Source of the DNA: Eledone cirrhosa
Lineage: Eukaryota
DNA length: 64,000 bases
Direction of reading: 5' to 3'
NCBI GenBank assembly: GCA_964016885.1
Contig: OZ024750.1
Span: 13,702,001 to 13,766,000, forward strand
The notes below the pieces were generated by a model, which was given only the letters and a program-made list of their open reading frames with translations, searched no databases and was not told where the DNA came from. Shown piece after piece: positions 59,334 to 64,000 of the stretch (positions are counted from its first letter, which is position 1; each line of letters begins with the position of its first letter). Both the position numbers and the translations under genes were made by a program.

Positions 59334-60659
59334 TCTATTTTGATTAATTAATGAAGAGTTTTGAGGGATTTATTAAAATTATTACTTATTTCATTACTAA
59401 GAAAGTAATGAGGCAGGAGTGAACAAAGTTCTGGTGATGACAAAATAAAAAGCTGGATGTTGGTAAAGTTTCAAGATAGATGGAGTGGTAGTGACACTTT
59501 TCAAGTATCACTACTCTGACAAGTGAAAAGGTGCAGATGAACACTTTAACCATTCAGCTACCTCACCCTTTCATAGTAGTTCCATGCATATTCTCTATCC
59601 TACCTGACTTTCTACTATATCTGTCTAAACCACTTTCTCTTTCTCTCCTCTCTCTCACTCTCTCTCTCTCTCTCAACACCCTTCACAGTCGTTAGTAGAT
59701 TAACAGCCTGTTAGCAGGAAAAAAAATCCTCTTAAGCATTCCTTACCAATTTGTAAACCTTTGTTGATAACCCCCTCCCCCAACCTGCAAACTTTATACC
59801 CACCCCTCTATTTTTAAACCACTGATGCTTTCTTACTCCCCTTATGTGTTGTGTGTTTATTCAAAACTATTCACTTTCTTCTGTCCCCCTCCATCCTCTC
59901 TCTGTTCCCTCAAGTTTTCTCCTTCTCTCTCTCTCTCTCTCTCTCTCTTTTCATTGCCTTCATTCTCTACACCTTTCTCTATTTCCTCTCCCATACATTT
60001 ATATATATACACTCTTATTTACCACTTCTAAATGAAGACCTCTTCACAAGATTCACATATTTTCTCAGACACCTATTTTCAGTTTGACTATGTGTGTGCA
60101 CACACACACATACCACACACACACGCACACAGTTGTATTTAGTGTGGTAGTTGCAAGGATTGCTGGGAGCATTATTTTAGAGGCTTTTCATATATATATA
60201 TATATATATATTTCCACGATTTTTTTTTTTCTTGCTTCCATAGATACGGTGAAGTTTTGTAACAAATGGTTTCTGTTGTTGTTAGGCAGCCCCAGTTAGT
60301 TTTAAGCCAGACCTTTAGAGATAATCAATGAAAGGAAACATTTGATATTTTTATCTATAGCCATTCTGATTTAGGGTGGACAGGTAGTGGGTGATGCTAT
60401 CCCCTAAGATTTAGAACTTAGCTATGCCACCCTAATTTTAAAACATGAGAGATTTTGTTGGTTGCTACATTTAAGTAGGTGACATCAAGTGTCCCTGTAG
60501 GTGTTGCCTATGTAGCAAGTGGTTACACAGTGAAACAGTTAATGCCCTTCTTAAGGTAAAGAGGGAATTGTTAAGTAGATAACTTGTCTCAAATGGGACA
60601 ACCCGTCTAACCCATGCTAGCAGGAAAGTGGACGTTAAACGTTGGTGATGACGATGATG

Positions 60660-61005
60660 ATAATGTGCATAAACGACAAAACATGGATGAACTGAAAGAA
60701 AAACTGGGTATAACAGGAGTCAGAAGTAGCGTGCAAGAGAGAAGACTACGCTGGGATGGGACACATGATGTGCATGGATGATGATCAATGGATGATGAAG
60801 TGCCAGAAAATCCCAATGGCAGGAAGCCACAGTAGAGGAAGACCAAGGAATATGTTGGCGGAGGTGATGTGAGCTAATCTCAAATCACTGAAGCTCATAG
60901 AGAAGATGATAAAGGACTGCAACAAGTGGGGAAATGTTGTGCTGAAAGGGACTCATCCAACCCATGCAGGCGTTGAAAAAATGGATGTAAAATGATGATG
61001 ATGAT
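60660..61005 (+). mobile_element. RTE-clade LINE 3' fragment
   Basis: GTGCAAGAGAGAAGACTACGCTGG...GGAAGACCAAGGAA...GTAAAATGATGATG. Confidence 0.8.
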
Positions 61006-61492
61006 AGTGTATTATCCAGTCAGATTATGTGTTGTTTATTCATATCTAAGCCAGATGTTTTGCTGTTTTGGGGAATGGTATTAACTCTTAACATTCTCTA
61101 TCATATGAAACCACATTAGTAAGACATTCTTGAAAAGTAGATAACAGCAAGCACTAAGATTACATCCCATTAAAGATAGATATATCTTTACTTATTATAC
61201 TGCATCTCTTTGCAACAATCTGTCTACTAGTAAGGATACTATAAACATTTGAATTAACAAATCTATTTTAAAAATATTTTCTGCTGAATCATAACAGGAT
61301 GTTAAGAATTAAATTTTATCTACTTAATTTCACTTTTTGTAGATCTTAGCTGTGATAGACTGGTGTCTTAACCAGGTAGTAGTTAATTTAGTTTCAAGTT
61401 AATCACAAACTTCACAATCTTCTAATTTTTAAAATATTTAGAAATCATCATCATCATCATATTGATCATTAATATTTAGTGGTCGTTTCTAA

Positions 61493-61720
61493 TTAACCCT
61501 TTAGCATTTAAACTGGCTGTATCCAACTAGAATTTTCTCACATCTTTCTGTTCAAACCAGCCATAACTGGCCACCCATACCAAAGTTAGGTATTTTTCTC
61601 AAAATAAATAATATCAAAATCTCATAGATTCAATATTATGTGAGATAATTATGTAAGGTAATGCTTTTACCATGAAAATACAATAGTAAATATAGAATAA
61701 TGTAAATGCTAAAGGGTTGA
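61493..61720. mobile_element. piggyBac-like MITE
   Basis: TTAACCCTTTAGCATTTA ... TAAATGCTAAAGGGTTGA. Confidence 0.82.
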
Positions 61721-62401
61721 ACAATGGAATTTCTACAGGGTCAGCTAGTTATTAATATAGTAGTGTTTCTATATCATTGGAATGATATCACTTTCCCTTT
61801 CCAACTACCTACTCCTTTGTGGTGGGGAAGGTAATTATTTATAGCTTAATGTAAAACATAGGGTGAAAGTTCAAATCCAGTTAAAGTTCAGTATTCTCAA
61901 TTGTATTTATAAAAATAGCAGGGGAAACTGACCTTTGATGATGATGATGACAGCAAATGGTTTCTTTGGTGATATGATGATTGGAACGAGAAAACTAAGA
62001 AAGACATGACTAAAAATGATGGAAGGGGAAAGGAAAACCAGAGGTTGATGAGAGGGAGGGTGCAAACAATAGGGGAAAATGGAGAAACTTTTCATGGAGA
62101 TTACAAGGCTTGTTCCTGCTTGTTGTACAATATCTAGATTTCATATTCTAGTGTTTTATGTTTAGGTGTGTGAGATGACTAAATCAGTTATTCCTCTCTT
62201 TGACAAATATTGGCTTTGTTTTGTCTTGGTGTATAAGGGCCTGGGTTCTCTCCACATATTGTTATCTCCAACTCTTCACTATATCCATTTTAATAATTCT
62301 TATGTAAATTCTTATGTTGTTCTGTTATCAATTACTATTTTTCTTCATTTAGAGGAATTATTGCCAATTGTTTCTAAATATATCTCCAAGAATTGTTAAG
62401 G

Positions 62402-62525
62402 ATGGCTAATACCTCTCAAGAATCTAAAGAAAAAGAATCTGCTCTGGAAATGAATTCATCAGAACCAGCTAACAAATCGTTTAAAATCACTCTCCCAAAG
62501 AGGCCTTTTTACATTGATCTCTTAA
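62402..62525 (+). CDS. First coding exon of a probable TCP11-like (T-complex protein 11 family) gene
   Basis: MANTSQESKEKESALEMNSSEPANKSFKITLPKRPFYIDLL; acceptor TTTAG at 62352, in-frame upstream TAA at 62375, donor GTAAGT; phase 1 matches the next exon. Confidence 0.65.
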
Positions 62526-62929
62526 GTAAGTCATTTTCCTCTATTTTTTTCAACCCTTGAATAATTTCATTTGTAAGAATGTATAATATGGTATTGGTGT
62601 TTTAGTTTTAATTTGAAAGAAGCATAAAAGCTGTAATATTAAGAGGTAATGGGCTTAGTAATTACTGTGTTGTGTATCTACAACATCCACAGTGTGTAGT
62701 ACAATCTAAAGTGATATTGGGTTAAATAGCCATAAGCCATTCAGACATTCCATTGATTTTGTCTAATTTGATTCAGTTCAGCTAGCTGTCAGAAATAGGT
62801 ACCAATAATACCTAGAGGTGAAATGTAACCTTCATTTGCTTAACACCATAAAATAAATAAAGCCAAGTATTGGTCCTTATAGCATTAACATTTTTGCATA
62901 TAGTATAAGTACAGTTTGAATATACAAAG

Positions 62930-63022
62930 TACCGTATATATTTGAATATAAGCTGACCCTCCATTTTACCATCAATTTTTTTTATCACATATTCCTCGGC
63001 TTATATTCGAGTATATATGATA
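62930..63022. mobile_element. Tc2/pogo-like short MITE
   Basis: TACCGTATATATTTGAATATAAGCTGA ... TCGGCTTATATTCGAGTATATATGATA; related right ends at ~14072, ~17823 and ~30409. Confidence 0.65.
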
Positions 63023-63510
63023 ACTCCTATACAGAATTTGAAGTGTTGTCCTATAAGTCATCATCAAGTCATCATCATTTTACAACTGCTTTTCATGCTG
63101 ACATGCATTAGATAGGTGATCATGGTCTAACTGTGATGACCTGTCCAACACATACCAACATGAAAAGTAGATGTAAAATGATGACAACTGGACTACCAAT
63201 TTAAAGGACTTCACTTAAATTCCCTACAGAGGTTTCTTTGTATGTTTGAGATATACATTTAACTCTGTATTTTCTGTACATTTAGGTTTCAGCTATTGTT
63301 TAACTTAGATCAACCCAGATCTGTTGCACCCAGATTAACCAGCATAGTATATCTACATTGTCCAAATTTTCAGACAGTAGTGAGTGATATGAGAGAGATT
63401 TAGCTTCTATTTCCAACAGATCTAATGACTCTGTAGAGGCGCCTTTGTGTCAAATTATTTTGTCTAGTGTTTACTGTTTCTTTCACTCCAATAAAAATAA
63501 CCAATTCTAG

Positions 63511-63613
63511 TTCCAGCTTCAGAAAAAACAACAGAAATCTATAACTGCTTCCGAGATATGGAACTTCTCCATGAAATAGTTATCAATGAAAAGTATGAAC
63601 CAGAAATACCAAG
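63511..63613 (+). CDS. Second coding exon of the probable TCP11-like gene (continues beyond window)
   Basis: IPASEKTTEIYNCFRDMELLHEIVINEKYEPEIP resembles the TCP11-family motif M.LAHEIVVN.DF (from memory); TAG acceptor, GTTAGT donor; phase 1-2. Confidence 0.6.
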
Positions 63614-64000
63614 GTTAGTTTCACCTTATTTTAAAATTATCCAGGTATTGAGAAGTTAATATTTTTTTTAAATGGTACGGTTTGGTTTAGAGAAAGGGAT
63701 TGTGCCGATGGATTTTGCAGGTCGTCTAAGACTGGTGAAACTGTCTCAGTTAATGTTTCTCCTGATCAGCTGCAGGAAACATGCGGCAAAGTGGAACTTT
63801 CAGAAGACTGACTTTCTTGAAAAAGTGGCTAGCATCAGGACTAGAGGTGGGGAGGGAGTTATTTCTCAGCTTGAGAATTCTATCAGTCAGTGTTCTTTAA
63901 CACATATTGCTCTGTAACTACAGCTCAGGTACTACAGACATGTGGTTAGAATATCTAAAGAAAGAATTACAGGACAGAGGTAGACCGTGAGCAAAATGGT

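Overview
AT-rich, microsatellite- and SINE-dense animal DNA; the repeat families look like those of an octopus (inference from SINE consensus, not verified). The main gene is a complete minus-strand KRIT1/CCM1 orthologue with 16 GT-AG coding exons (38427 to 25850). The exons are phase-consistent and total 2190 nt, giving 729 aa plus stop: Nudix-like N-terminus, NPxF motifs, ankyrin repeats and FERM domain. At the right end, two plus-strand coding exons (62402-62525, 63511-63613) probably start a TCP11-like gene, with a CCAAT/CRE/ETS promoter candidate near 52.7 kb. A second candidate promoter and first exon (minus strand, ~10.55-10.6 kb) belongs to an unidentified gene. The rest is tRNA-derived SINEs, decayed LINEs (RTE, CR1-like, CRE-like, R4/Dong-like, Tx1/L1-like), MITEs (piggyBac-, hAT-, mariner-, Tc2-like) and tandem arrays. 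The most notable observations are two minimal type-I hammerhead-ribozyme motifs in a Penelope-like repeat, two minisatellites apparently born from transposon sequence, loss of the third KRIT1 NPxY/F motif, a duplicated in-frame splice acceptor, and several fold-back structures. No CRISPR array and no clearly novel multi-gene system is supported. Homology calls rest on remembered reference sequences, and repeat boundaries are approximate.
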